Shown: positions 1-15,544, counted from the stretch's first letter. The stretch: DNA of 64,000 nucleotides from Octopus sinensis (GCF_006345805.1 NC_043008.1:53506001-53570000); one strand, 5' to 3'. The notes: generated by a model not told the origin, from the sequence alone. Numbers and translations are program-made.

Positions 1-478
1 ATTATTATTATTATCGTGTTAATTCTCAGAACGTTCGGTCTTTGTTCTAGTAGGTTTCTGCTGTCAGAGGTCACACAAGTTCTCTTTCCGCACATTATAA
101 TCTGTGGTACTTCGTTGTTAATTATCGTGTGAGACATTCAATATATAATTACCAATCTCAAAGTCCTAGCTGTCCCCAACAGAGCAGTCTTGGAGGCTTA
201 CTCTGCTCTCATGTCATTTCCAATTTCTTACACAAGCTTCTTCAACTTGGTTGTTAGTACTCTGAGTGCCCCTACAACTACTGGAATGACAGATACTCTC
301 CTCATAGTCCACATTCTTGCAATTTTGTCTTTTAGTACTCTGTACTTTTCAATCTTTTCTAGTTCTTTGTCACTTATGTGTGCATCTCCAGGTATTGCAA
401 CAACTATCATCTTGGTTCCTTTTTTGCTTTATCTACCACAACAATATCTGGTCTCAAAGCCTCGATTAGGGAGGAGTC
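1..478 (-). mobile_element. 3' fragment of an R4/Dong-like non-LTR retrotransposon (restriction-like endonuclease domain)
   Basis: Minus strand reads LRPDIVVVDK..., IVVAIPGDAHISDKELEKIEKYRVLK...VIPVVVGAL and KTALLGTARTL across frameshifts, typical of RLE-LINE C-termini. A (TAA)n tail sits at 1-14. Confidence 0.8.
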
Positions 479-859
479 GTTGTCGTTGTTGTTCTTGTTT
501 ATACCAACTATAATTCTAATATCTTTAAAGTTTCGTCTATACTTATCAATGTTAATATGTATATCTTCAAAAACACCCTGTTTATACCAACCGTTGGTAT
601 ATATGGTGTAGTCATCAAATAAAGATGTAATTTTCTCCATCCTTGTTCATGCTGTCATAAACTCCGGATTTCTTTGAAATTCTTCTAAGCGATATTTCGA
701 TTTACTTGTCATACATGAGGAATTACCTTAGATGTTTATTCTACTTTGATTTATCGGTATCTGACTGTTTGACAAAGTTAACCAAGTTCACTTACCACAA
801 GGTGGTTTCTGGATATCTGCTTGAATTTATCAATTCCGTTTACCTCTTAATATATATAT

Positions 860-1200
860 ATATAAATTAGAAAAAAAACACCTTTTATCAATTCAACAAT
901 CAAAAAATTAAATTATACCATATAGAAAAAAATTATATCCTATAGAAAAAAATTAAATATAAGATAAAAACATAAACCAATGATTAAGTAATGTGCAAAA
1001 TAGTAAATAAAACGTATGTATTTGGTAAAATGATGCACGTGTTTCGTGGCTACATTTAAGAAATGATAACAGTAAAATCAATTCAATATAAATATAGCCA
1101 CTCTTCAGGTCAAAGATAAAAACAATAAAATATTTAAATAAATAAATATACGTATATAATATTGTAAAATATGAAATATCTTAACAAATATATTGTGGTG
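860..1200 (-). mobile_element. Penelope-like terminal-repeat fragment next to (TA)n, with hammerhead relic
   Basis: AT-rich segment after a TA tract. Minus strand has CTGAAGA-GTGGCTATAT...ATGTAGCCAC-GAAACACGTG at 1036-1108. Confidence 0.45.
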
Positions 1201-1309
1201 CAAATAAAAATATATTCGAGCTCACAACCTTAAGATCGTAAGCTCGACGCTCTAAGCACTGAGCCATGCACCTTCACAATACATATAGCCATAGTTTACA
1301 TACATATAT

Positions 1310-1792
1310 CACTTTCACTTTGATCACTTTGACCGACCAGTCCGTCAGGCGTCCATTTGACACCGCTGGTCACAGCACGCTGTCTACTCCTCTCTGGATC
1401 GCGCCTTTCTCATCCACGTGATCCCAATCGTCCTCTTGAAATCGTCACTCCACCGTCGTGGAGGTCTTTTCCGCTCACGCGGGTACCACGTCAGGTCGCT
1501 CTAGAGTGCTACTGGTAACATGTAATCCAGTACAACCTGTTGCATGGTCGGGACGTCGGCGACTAAACTGACAACCCCACCAGGTTCGCTTGGTGAGGAG
1601 GGTGTTGTTGGACTCCCTGTGGGATGGAAAAATAAGACCCAACAAAGGGCGGATGAACTCCTGAAGAGTCATCCAACAAAATACCGGCCTGCCCGCCCAG
1701 CCAGTGGAATGGCGTCATCTTATGGCTAAAACAGCGCGAAGAACGAAGAGGAAAGGAAAAGGGCCTCAGTACCCTGCACGTCAACATACATA
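1310..1792 (-). mobile_element. Internally deleted RTE-type LINE derivative
   Basis: Minus strand 3' part translates RKRPPRRWSDDFKRTIGITWMRKARSREE*TACCDQRCQMDA*, resembling an RTE ORF end, followed by a short repeated tail (AAAGTG). The 5' part is GC-rich and UTR-like. Confidence 0.65.
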
Positions 1793-2304
1793 TAATAGTT
1801 TATATAAATATATAGTTTATATACATATATATACGTATAGCCATATTTTATATACGCAACTCTGATGAAGTGCCACTCTAATGTCTAAGACCGCAAATAT
1901 TACGGTAATTCTCCCTTCGAATTCTTGCGTAAACTTGCATTAAAAGTAGAGTTAATACAGAAACAATTGTAAGTAATATTAAAGCTGTTTTAAACTGTTT
2001 CTTTGCCTTATTATGTCGATTATATCTTGCTCCTTGCTAATCCCACACAACACTTTAACCAGGATTTTCTACACCTGAAGTTTATCGGTATTAACTTGGA
2101 AGCCGAAAGAGTTGATAGCCCAGAACTTGGGTCGGGCGCGCGCGCACACACACACATACAAACACACTCACACACACACACATCTAAACACACACACACG
2201 CGCATACATACACGCACGCACATGCACACAGAAACACATACACACACATATACATACATATATTGCCGCAAACCAACCAGTAATCATACATATTTGAACG
2301 TTTC

Positions 2305-2490
2305 ATTATTAGTTTTATATTCGGTATTTCGTCTGTCTTTACGTTCTGAGTTCAAATTCCGCCGAGATCGACTTTGCCTTTCATCCTTTCGGGCTCGATA
2401 AATTAAGTACCTGTTGCATACTGAGGTCGATCTAATCGACTGGACCACTCCTCCAAAATTTCGGGCCTTCTGCCTACAGTAGAAAAAATG
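2305..2490 (+). mobile_element. tRNA-derived SINE with Meta-domain-like core, 5'-truncated
   Basis: B box GTTCAAATTCC followed by CGACTTTGCCTTTCATCCTTTCGGG...GATAAATTAAGTACC, a core repeated many times in this window. Confidence 0.8.
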
Positions 2491-2779
2491 AATTAGTTTT
2501 ATACTTAAGATATTTATCAGAAAATTTACCACGCTCATCTGTGACCTCCTTCATGATTAGTGTCTTAGAATTCTTTGTCAGATTTCACCTAAATCTTAAG
2601 CACGTGTGATTGCTTTTTTGTATGTGTGTTTGTTGTTCATTTCCAATTTGCGCATATTGAATGTTATGCTTTGTTAAACTAACTTTTGTTTGTTCGGTAT
2701 TGTATTTCATTGTGTTAATATAAGAACGTGTGGAGGTTTATAGGTCGTACGTATTTGTTTCCGTATATTTATGTGTTGA

Positions 2780-4250
<1,471 letters not shown>

Positions 4251-6207
4251 ATATATGTATCCGTCTGAGGAAGTTTAAAAATATACGTGTATTTAAACGG
4301 TAAGATAATTAGATGAAACTTAAGAAAACTACGTGGAAACAATGGATTTCTCCTGCAGAAATGATATGCATCGTTTCTTATTGATGAATTTTTGGTGAAT
4401 TTTTCATACAAAACCAAGAAATTCAGATTACAAAAAAGATAAATTGCTTGCATATTAAGGCGGCAATTATAAGTAATTGTTTTGTGCAACAGCCTGTTAT
4501 TATAGGAGTGATTAATGTTACCGGAATATTTCCTGAAAATTTCTACTTGCATGTTATTCTTTGCAAGACATAATTCTTTTTCCACCTACCATCTTCTCTC
4601 ACACCCACTCTTCTATTCTGCAGGCGAAATTTTTGTAGATCGAAACACAAACAGTGGTGGAAAGAGAACAAGCCACACACCAAGATTGTCTAGTTATTAA
4701 ACTCATCTCAGAGACACACGCACACACGTATACACACATGTATTGACATATTATATAATTTTAATGTAGTTAGACTACAGTTTGCAACACTTTTTACTAC
4801 AGAATACATTATGCTATTCTCAACAGAACGAAAAGAAAAATCAAGGAGATTGCTCTGGCTTGTTGCATGGATTATTGATTTGACTATCCATTAGAGAATG
4901 AGAACTCTTGCCCTTTTACCTATTGCTGTTCAAATCAACCACAAACTAATATCTATTTCTTTATTGCCCAATAGTTGGGTGGGGTGGAGCTAAATGTAGA
5001 GGAGACAAACAAGGATAGACATCGACCTCAGTGCGTAACTGGTAATTATTTAATTAAAAAGAAATTTTTTAAAGTAAATAATGACTTATTCCATCAACCC
5101 ATTAACTGAACGGCTAGGTTACGGGGACCTAAACACACCAACACCGGGTTTCAAGTGATAGTGAAGGATAAACGCAGGCACAAAGACACACATGCACACA
5201 CGCGCACACACAAATTTAATTTAAAGTCGACCTCGGTGGTATTTGAACTCAGAACGTAACGGCAAACTAAATACGGCTAAGCATTTCGCCCGGCGTGCTA
5301 AATATTCTTCCAGCTCGCCGCGCTGTCACGAACTAATATTTAGCTGCCATAGCAAGATTAACTGACTTATATCAAGCATTCATTAGTAAAGCAAATAAAT
5401 AATTAATATATTTTTCAAAACACAAAAAGCGTATTTTATAAAATTTAAGATAAATTTAATTTAGCCAGAGTTTAGTTTCCTCTTCCTGTGCTGCGGAAAC
5501 TAAAAAGTTATAAATGCATCTCCTTATTCTCTTCGGAGACGGAACAATAAAAGACAAATAAGCAGTTACACTGAATTGGCTTGTACCTTTATAGTACATC
5601 ACCACCCATATCTTTCCACCTGTGTGGACAATTTCATAGCAACCGCTATTTAAATTATGCACAAACTAATACTTATCTAAAACAGCTTATTTTTTAGAAG
5701 TCTTATACCACTATCCAAGGCATTCTATCTGACTGGTTGATATAAAGCGCGACAGCACACGCAACATCTTGCCCACGTTCGTTCATCGTCCTTTCACTTG
5801 TTCTCTATCACTACTATAACAGGACTTGCTCCTCGAAGCGGTCTAATTTTACTATGTCTTCCTTTGCTATAGCGATCACTTCTATCTTCATTTTTCGTCA
5901 GTCTCTTTAGGGCTTTTAGTAAAGGTGTTTCTTGTTAATCATTCCTACACCAACACATTCCTTGCCGTTATTTTTCATACAACCTTCTACATGTTATGAA
6001 TGTGTTATGAATTATTTAAGAAGAAACATCAGCCGTGAATATCTCTCCAGGTTTGAAATGTTTGTGAATATCATAGTCACGAGGTGAAATAATAAAAAGA
6101 ATGAAGACACGGCGATCCGGTCTCGTTTCACAGCCAATTCTTTTTTCTGTCTCAAATTTGCGTCCACTGTAGTAAAATAATATTCCTTCCTGAGTCATAT
6201 AAACTCA

Positions 6208-6415
6208 TAAGGGCCGGTTACCCGGTTTTCATGGCGTATATTTCCCCACCAGGACAGGACAGGACGCCGGTCCGTCGCAGGATTACTCACTTTTGAGTGG
6301 ACTGGAGCAACGTGAAATGTGAAATGAAATGTTTTGCTCAAGAACACAATACGTCGTCCAGGCCAGGAATCGAAACGGCAATCTTACGATCGTAAGTCCA
6401 ACAACCTAAACACTA
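6208..6415 (-). mobile_element. tRNA-derived SINE, diverged
   Basis: Reverse complement of a tRNA-like head (ttcgattcc B box). Shares GTGGACTGGAGCAACGTGAAAT with the copy at 61748-62068. Confidence 0.65.
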
Positions 6416-6759
6416 AAATAATGGCTATTACCACTAAAAAAATATCTCAACGCTATACGTACTTCACTTAACGTTTGAGCATGTCAATTTAGTCGCAATA
6501 AACTCATGAAAATTCAAATATATTTGAATTATTTAGTTTTATCATTTAAAAAATACATAAAATGTCATAATCCGAATCGATTATTGACATCTTCTATCTC
6601 TCAGCGTACTTCCGGCATATCGTTTATTGATCAGTCGTTCAATGAAAAAGGTTAAGTAGATTTAACCTCGGAATCTAGGGAACTGCTGGTCTAATAATAG
6701 CTTTAAGATCTCAGTCGTTTTTTTTTCTGTCAGCAAATCATTAAAACAATCTCTTCTAT

Positions 6760-7150
6760 TCTAGGCACAAGGCCCGACAGTTTGAGGGAGAAGGCCAGTC
6801 GATTACATCGACCCAGTACACAACTGGTACTTAATTTATCGACCCCGAAAGGATGAAAGGCAAAGTCGACCTCGGCGGAATTTGAACTCGGAACGTAGCG
6901 GCAGACGAAATACCTATTTCTTTACTACCCCCAAGGGGCTAAACACAGAGGGGACAAACAAGGACAGACAGACGGATTAAGTCGATTACATCGACCCCAG
7001 TGCGTAAGTGGTACTTATTTAATCGACCCCGAAAAGATGAAAAGCAAAGTCGACCTCGGCGGGATTTGAACTCAGAAAGTAACGGCAGACGAAATACGGA
7101 TACGTATTTCGCCCGGCGTGCTAACATTTCTGCCGACTCGACGACTTAAT
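6760..7150 (-). mobile_element. Head-to-tail dimer of the Meta-like SINE
   Basis: Two copies of the gtcgattacatcgacc...gtcgacctcggcggaatttgaactc core joined through gaaatacctatttctttactac. Confidence 0.85.
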
Positions 7151-8297
7151 CATTAAAACAGAATGGAAGATCTCCGTTACTCGTCGAAGAGGACCGAGTT
7201 CTCCAGTGAACTGAATTACAAGTACCTACTCCTGAAATAACGTGTAATTGGTTAAGTATTTCGCAGACATATGGACACTTAATGTGACTCTCAATCAGAA
7301 TCAGACTCCGAAACAGTGCGTGATAAATCTACACTTTTAGTGTTACACTCGACCTATTCCAATACAGATTTCGTCAAATCATTTTCGTTCACAAGATATG
7401 GGTCGATACGAGGTTACAGAAACTGACGCTTGCTAAAAATGCCACGCAGTAGGATCGAACACGGAACCTGAAGATTGTAAAGCAAACGTCTTAAACATTC
7501 CTCCAAGCCGTGCCTACTAAAAATAATTCTTTCTAATTTTGTCACTAAGAAAGCAATTTTAAGGTGATTACATCGACCCCAATATCCAACTGGTACTGCT
7601 TTAATCGAACTCCTAAACTAAAGGATGAAAGTGGGAAATCGGCATCCACAGAATTTGAACTCAGGACAAGGAATAAATGCCGTTTAAGCATTTCGTTCGA
7701 CGTGCTAACGATTCTGACAGCGTGTCGCATTGAGCCAAAGAATGAAGTCTAAATAAATGCCAGCATTGTAGAAACGTTGGTGATATTTTATAGCTTGACA
7801 AAAAACAAATCAAAACGAAAATCAAAAACGAAAATACTCCCACAAAGAACCAGAGGAGTAGCTACGAGAATAAACACTCACAGTTTTTATGGTTTTATTG
7901 TTAAACTAATTATAGTTTAAATGATAATTAATCTTATGACACCAAGCAACATCTACTGAAAATCTTGGATAAAATATCCGTGATCAATAACGTTGCTGTT
8001 GAATCGAAAGATTAAATGCAACTGTGACCATGGCATAGAACCGAATTAACCAGGCAATGTTATAAGAATATTGATATGAATATTGATCTATAGATTAATA
8101 TAGTTCGGGATTTTATAAACAGTTATTGCTGACGAGAACAAAGTTGTGGAAATGTTATGCATGCATTACAGTAAACACATCCATGTCTCACATCCAACCT
8201 TACTCTCCCTTGATCACTCTCTCTCTCTCTCTCTCTCTTTCTTCTCGCTAACTTTCTTTCTGTCACTACACACACACACACACATACTTTTTTAAAA

Positions 8298-8692
8298 CTT
8301 TTTTACTTGTTTCAGTCATTTGACTGTGGCCATGCTGGAGCACCGCCTTTAGTCGAGCAAATCGACCACAGGACGTATTCTTTGTAAGCCTAGTACTTAC
8401 TTTATCGGTCCCTTTTGCCGAACCGCTAAGTTACGGGGACGTAAACACACCAGCATCGGTTGTCAAGCGATGTTGGGAGGACAAACACAGACACACAAAC
8501 GTATATACACACGTACATATATATACATATATACGATGGGCTTCTTTCAGTTTCCGTCTACCAAATCCACTCACAAGGCTTTGGTCGGCGCGAGGCTACA
8601 GTAGAAGACACTTGCCCAAGTTGCCACGCAGTGGGACTGCACTCGGAACCATGTGCTTGGTAAGCAAGATACTTACCACACAGCCACTCCTA
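8298..8692 (-). mobile_element. Full-length SINE with internal microsatellite (most abundant family here)
   Basis: Reverse complement of aggagtggctgtgtggtaag...accttgggcaagtgtcttc...(TA/TG)n...ctccagcatggccacagtcaaatgactgaaacaagtaaaa. Sister copies lie near 11660, 16375, 17725, 35385, 39210, 47510, 57955 and 63037. Confidence 0.9.
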
Positions 8693-8779
8693 GGCTATGT
8701 ATGTATGTATTTTAAAAATAAATGTATATTTTCTTATAAGACCAATAACATGTATGAAGTCAATAATGATCTATATGAT

Positions 8780-10200
8780 AAATGACTTCACAAAATCGTT
8801 TCAACAAAAGCTAACATAGACAGATACAATAATAGTAATGATGAATCAAAATTCCTCTCGAAACGAAATAAAATTGATGACAGGTCAGAATGCTTAACGA
8901 AAAAATAATCAGAAATGTTGTACGTGAATTTTGTATTACTTAACAAAAATCGCAAACTTGATTTCAGTAATAAGACCACTTGTAGACTTTCAAACCAAGC
9001 GAGAAACGAAATAGGATTGGTATTTAGAAGGCATACCAAGAAACATTCATACAAGAACTAGAGAGACTTCTAAATTTGTATGACAAAGGGGAAATAACAG
9101 TACTGTCATAGATTGGTTTAGAAATTTAAAGGGTAAGCATAGAGTTAGATATACATTGTTTGATATTTTTATTTCTCGATATCGAGATCGTTGTCGGCTG
9201 AGGCAATTGAGTTCACAAAAACATATGTCAATGTTGACTACATAGAGCTGGACTTTATCATGCATGGGCGACACACTCTTCATTTCAGTAAGGGTTCTGC
9301 ATGCATTAAAAATCCGATACTGACGAAATTTTCGATGTATCGATGTGATCGTATGACAGTGCAGACATCTCTGATCTTGTTGTCTCTATATGTTAGATAC
9401 TTTGAGAAGTAAGTTACCAACTCCACGATAGTGGCTTATATCGTGACGATGGTTTGAGCATACTTCTCACACTATAAATTTAGGAAAAAACTAATTTTTA
9501 CCGCTAGTCAGTTAGACCTCAAAATTACTCTTCTAATTTGTCCAAAGTTGATTTTTGGATATTTCCCTAGATACACGCTCTTATAAATCCTACCATAAGC
9601 CGAATCTGAAGATCACATATATACACAAACAATCCTGCCCCCAGAAATAGATTTTAAAAGCCAGATAGCCAACATCAGTAATAGGATATCTAATTTTCAA
9701 AGGAAATAGCCGATAAAACAGCCTTCTACTTTATCAATGACCTAGCTTATAGTGGTTTCAAATCTAAGATACCATATAACACTTCAGTTAAAAATATAAA
9801 GCCGAAAACTGACATGGCAAAATAATACGGTTTCCTTCTTTTCTCTTGAGATGTCAAAATTAACATTGGCGAGAAATTTCTGGCATTATTCAATAATCAT
9901 TTCTCCAGTAAACCAGAATTTGAGAAAGATTTTTAATAGACACTTGATAAACATTTCGCACAGTTGCTGCTCCAATATGAAAGGCATTATTATATGCAGG
10001 TCACGCCAGCGGCACACTCCCACTTGTAACTGTCAAAGTTCTGAAATTTGTCTTCTTGATCAAGCATATATGATAAACGCAGTTGTTTATGAGGCCGAAG
10101 CTAGAGAAGTGGTGCAAGATAACATAATTGAGAAGAACTATTTTGTAGGTTTATGCGAATGCAATTTAAAAGTAGTTATGTAAACCACAAGTGTTCTTTC
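8780..10200 (+). mobile_element. Degraded Penelope-like element (RT plus GIY-YIG region)
   Basis: Fragmented peptides VIDWFRNLKGK, GLYRDDGL (9433-9456, RT catalytic motif), KVDFLDISLD, YHKPNLKITYIHKQS, KINIGEKFL, IFNRHLINISHSC and CNCQ...VVYEA...FVGLCE follow PLE motif order. Confidence 0.85.
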
Positions 10201-10306
10201 CGAAATGATAATAATGATAAAGTCACAGTTGAATCACACCTGCAAACTACATACAATCAGTTTTTTTCTGTTATTATATAAGCGCTTTTTAAAATCATAA
10301 ATCTCT

Positions 10307-10346
<40 letters not shown>

Positions 10347-11227
10347 GTTCAACGGAATTCTTTCTGTCTACTATATCCACCTTGAAGTCTTTGCTCGGCC
10401 CGAGCCAGTGGTAGAAGACACTTGCCCAAAGTGCCACAAAGTGGGATTGAACCCGGAACCATACCACACAGTAACGCCTTCGCCAAGAGATAAGTACAAA
10501 TTCACATCAATACGGTCAGATTATTAGACAAACACACATACACATAGATAACGTACCACAAATACACATAGAGTGATATATTTACACACAAACATACAGA
10601 CATACACTTATAAAAATGAATATATTTTTGAGTGCGGTCTATATACTTATCTACATGAAAAGTTGAAAATTTTGTAGAAGTTAACATATTCGTTATGATT
10701 GCTAGCTATATTGAATTTTTAGAAATAAAATATTGATTTTTAGCCCCAAACAAAATTCTAATTTTGGAATAAAAGCGTTTTTTTGTATTTGGTCTACAAA
10801 ACGGACTCGTACTTTGGTACGCCGAATGTAAAATAAACAGTTAAAAAAGATTTCGAAGCTTTAGTATGAGTAAGAAACTTAATATGTAAATCATGTAATT
10901 CTGTTCTTTAATATTTCGATCAGTTTGATGACACACTTTAAACATATTGATAATATCGATTGACTTTGAAGAAAGATGAAGCTACAGAGGTTTCTATTCA
11001 AAGTAGTGACCAAGTCGAGTACATCAACACAAGTCGTTGGTGTAATCCTTGCTGTTAATACTACGAAGCCGGAGATTAGCCCAGACATAGAAGCCTTGCA
11101 ATGGAATGTGTGCTTGCCTTTACCAAATTGCTATGGTAATATATTGGAGTTGTTGTTATTGCTGTTGTTTCTCTTCTTGGTTTGCTCCATGTCAGTTCTG
11201 ACCCAGCAGAACTATTATTAAAAGTGT

Positions 11228-11619
11228 GGAGGCGCAATGGCCCAGTGGTTAGGGCAGCGGACTCGCGGTCGTAGGATCGCGGTTTCGATTCCCAGACCGG
11301 GCGTTGTGAGTGTTTATTGAGCGAAAACACCTAAAAGCTCCACAAGGCTCCGGCAGGGGATGGTGGTGATCCTTGCTGTACTCTTTCACCACAACTTTCT
11401 CTCACTCTTACTTCCTGTTTCTGTTGTACCTGTATTTCAAAGGGCCGGCCTTGTCACTCCCTATGTCACGCTGAATATCCCTGAGAACTACGTTAAGGGT
11501 ACACGTGTCTGTGGAGTGCTCAGCCACTTACACGTTAATTTCACGAGCAGGCTGTTCCGTTGATCGGATCAACCGGAACCCTCGTCGTCGTAACCGACGG
11601 AGTGCTTCCATTCCATTCC
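11228..11619 (+). mobile_element. Young tRNA-derived SINE with 14-bp TSD
   Basis: tRNA-like head (tggcccagtggttagg...gtttcgattccc) and (TTCCA)n tail. TSD ATTATTAAAAGTGT at 11214-11227 and 11620-11633. Confidence 0.92.
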
Positions 11620-11659
11620 ATTATTAAAAGTGTTCTAGGTGTGTTCTATCCTTTATGTA

Positions 11660-12020
11660 GCTGTGTGATAAGTAGCTTGCTTGCGACTCACCTTGGGCAA
11701 ATATCTTCTACTATAGCCTCGCGCCGACCAAAGCCTTGTGAGTGGATTTGGTAGATGGAAACTGAAAGAAGCCAGTCGTATATATGTATATATATGTGTA
11801 TGTGTGTGTGTGTGTGTGTATGTTTGTGTGTCTGTGTTTGTCCCCCCAACCGATGCTGGTGTGTTTAGGTACCCGTAACCTAGCGGTTCTGCAAAATAGA
11901 CCGATAGAATAAGTACTAGGCTTACAAAGAATAAGTCCTGGGGTCGATTTGCTCGGCTAAAGGCGGTGCTCCAGCATGGCCACAGTCAAATGACTGAAAC
12001 AAATAAAAGAGTAAAAGAGT
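11660..12020 (+). mobile_element. SINE with internal microsatellite
   Basis: Matches the family at 8298-8692, with the head diverged. Confidence 0.85.
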
Positions 12021-14829
12021 ATATCCATCAGACATGTTGCTAACTGAATTTTACAAAATGATGCTTTGTTTTGTTAAGATTCTAGGTGTGAGCTTCTGAG
12101 TGATAAAAATGAAGAAAATAGCATCAAGTATATATATATACAGAACATATTTCTAGTCATATTTGAGCATTTAGTGTGAACCGGGAAAAATGTGAAGAAA
12201 AGGCCAGAGAAGACAAAAGATAGCAGCTTCAGAAAGAAGAGGAACACACGTGCTAAGATGTGCAAATAAAAAGATGGTATAGAGGCCGATTATTGCTGAT
12301 GCTTCTAGGTATGGTACACGAATAGAGAGCGATCGAAAGAAAAAGAGAGATAGGGAGAGAAGGGAAGAAAGTGAGAGAGAGTTAGAGAGAGAAGGGGAAC
12401 TTCCAAAGGAGCAGCTCCAATGACCTACGTAGAGATTCCTAGGATATAGAGTGTGTGTTAATTCGTTTGCATATTACATATATATATATATGTCTTTACA
12501 GTTGCTACATACACACACTCACACACGCGCACACACATACACATATATACGGTTTATTGTATTTACATATGATATATACTTTATATGCTTTTGTATGATG
12601 ATTCCAAATATTATTTTGCCTCACAGAAACCCGAAAGCATTGACCTCTTACTCAAGGCTTTCTCGCTGAGGACATGCCTACATGCCCACACCGCCATTAA
12701 CGATCTGTCCATGTCCTCCCATTATTAAAGATGATAGTTTTAAAGTTTTGTTTGCCAGATTGAACAGATCAAGAGTTGCCTGTATAAAGATTCACAAAAC
12801 TACTTGCTGTATTTGTTTAATTGACTCCGAGAGGAATCATCGCCTTTTCCGATATTAAAGCAATTTCACAATCATAAAATCGTTTTCTGTGATTTTGTTC
12901 ATTACTGCAATAATTGGAAAAAATTAATTTATGCAATGTTTGCTCTCCCCCCAACATCAATGTAAACAATATGTCAATATTTGGGAATTCTTTTGCTGTG
13001 GTTTGTTTATAAAACAGCTTTGAAAATCGGTCGAGTTATTGATTTTAAATTCTTATCAACAGACCACCAAACATTTAAATTACGAAATACAATTAAGGTA
13101 ATTTATACCTATTTCCCATCGCAGCTGTATCAATAGAATGTTAAAATGGCGCTAACAATTAATGTTATGATCATATACAAATGCTCACAGTTCTTTGAAT
13201 TCATAAGAAAATATGTAAAATCACTCCTAAATTATATTTTGCTGTGAATTAAAATTGCACTGTTAAAGCAAAGCAGTGTAACAAATGATACACGATATCA
13301 AATAATATACGTGAATATCTTAACTGGAATAATTGTAGCTCTCCAGTAGTAGAAGAAAAAAGCAAATGTAGGGTGGTTCGTGGTGAGTTATCAGAATCCT
13401 TTGATCATCGAAAATAAATGCCTTGTGTTAGTTTTTTTTTTGTTTTGAGGCTCTTTAAAATCCAAGTTTAGACCTTACAGGAGTTAAATTTCGGAATCAT
13501 TAGTGCATTGGGAAAATGATTGCTGCATTTCTATCAGATTTTTATAATCTTAATTCAAATCCCTACGATGTCACTTTGCTCTTCACTCGTTAGGTGCCAA
13601 TAAATTAACGTATCAATTAGGTATTAAATCGATGGCTCTGATTAAAGCCTTTTGCTTAAATATTGCGTGTCTTGTGCTAACATTTGAAAGTGTTGAACAT
13701 GTATTGGATTGTCTGGAAAGTTCGTGCCGATGTCTAAAGGAAATAAAAAGGTCAATAAATACTCGCCATTACATTTTTAATCAACCAAATATGAAACAAT
13801 GCGTCTCCATCTTTCCTTTAACTTGAAAATACCCTCTTCCTAGAATTGAGGTGGTTTCATGGCAAAGAATACATCAAGGTATCTTTTTACGTCATCCAAG
13901 GAATTGAAATTTTTACCATTAAGACTATTCTGCAGAAGCCTGAATAAGTGGAAATCCGCAGACTTTGCCTTTCATGCTTTCGGGGTCGATTAAATAAATA
14001 CCAGTTACGCACTGGGGTCGATGTAATCGACTTAATTCATTTGTCTGTTCTATGTTTGTCAGACAAACATAGGACAGACAATTTCTAGCCCTCTGTGGGC
14101 AATAAAGAAATAAGAATCGTTTGCACGCCGGACATAATGATTAGTGGTAGCTCTTCACGTACTACGTTCAAGTTTTTCTGGGGTCAAATTTCCTTTCAAT
14201 TGTTTCGGATTCGATAAAAATAAAGTACCAGCCAAGTAACGGGACCGATATAATTGATTTAGCCCATCACCGAAGATTTTTTAATCTTGTGTCAAAATTT
14301 GAAATCTATATAGTGCATACTTAGAAACACTCTTTCCAATATGTCGTTACATATATTTTAGAAATGTCTGAAAAATATATGACTGTTATTCCTAGCAGGT
14401 TTCCAGCCACCACGAAGACCTTTCCTGATTGTATCACATCATTACGCTGGAGTCCTTCAGGGTGGTGAGTGCTAAACCAGTGGGAACTAGGAACGAATTG
14501 CATGTTCATCAGTCAGAGCGACGAAGTCCATCTAGTTGTCTTTAAACCATGACTGATGACTTGTGTGCTGACTGTGTTTTAAATGAAGATGACTTGACTT
14601 GAGCACCATCGACATCACTCTTTAATCCGTGATCAGAACTTCACTCCAGAGGAAAAACTAGGCCAATACAACAGAAGCTGGCGAGGGATGCAGAAGATGG
14701 CCAAAATCTCTTGCTTGCCTCCTCCTTCTCTCTGAACTTCACTATGCAATCCGCCATTCTTTGAATCATGAAAACTTTTTCAACGGAGTCCGCCAGAGTC
14801 AGTCTTCGCATGCATTGGTAGACAAGAAT

Positions 14830-15219
14830 GTGGAGGCGCAATGGCCCAGTGGTTAGGGCAGTGGACTCGCGGTCGTAGGATCGCGGTTTCGATTCCCAGA
14901 CCGGGCGTTGTGAGTGTTTATTGAGCGAAAATACCTAAAAGCTCCACGAGGCTCCGGCAGGGGATGGTGGTGATTTCTGCTGTACTCTTTCACCACAACC
15001 TTCTCTCACTCTTACTTCCTGTTTCTGTTGTACCTGTATTTCAAGGGGGCCGGCCTTGTCACTCTCTGTGTCACGCTGAATATCCCCGAGAACTACGTTA
15101 AGGGTGCACTTGTCTGTGGAGTGCTCAGTCACTTACACGTTAATTTCACGAGCAGGCTGTTCCGTTGATTCGGATCAACCGGAACCCTCATCGTCGTAAC
15201 CGACGGAGTGCTTCCATCC
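14830..15219 (+). mobile_element. Young tRNA-derived SINE with 10-bp TSD
   Basis: Near-identical to 11228-11619. TSD AGACAAGAAT at 14820-14829 and 15220-15229. Confidence 0.92.
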
Positions 15220-15544
15220 AGACAAGAATACAACAACAACAACAACAACGACAACGACAATAACTACATCAGCAATAATAACAACAATATCAATAATGAT
15301 ACCAGTATGTTGTAACATCAATATGCATTGTCGATATTCCTAATATAGCAAAACTAATTCTAATGATTAACGATTCAGCTAAAATGTACCTTTTGGGATT
15401 ATCTTTGGCAAATTATTGAATTGTTGATAAGGGAAATTACAACGCTAATCTATTTGGAATTTGGCTAATTTTATTTATGTGATTAAACAATTTTAATTAG
15501 ATTTCTATGCATAGAATTATTTCTTCAAACAGAAACAATTCTTT

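Noticed and set aside
6012-6166. Minus-strand terminal exon candidate VDANLRQKKELAVKRDRIAVSSFFLLFHLVTMIFTNISNLERYSRLMFLLK*
   Set aside because: Good acceptor, but no linked upstream exon and no recognisable family.
11228-11310. tRNA genes (here and at other SINE heads)
   Set aside because: No complete cloverleaf. They continue into SINE bodies with TSDs.
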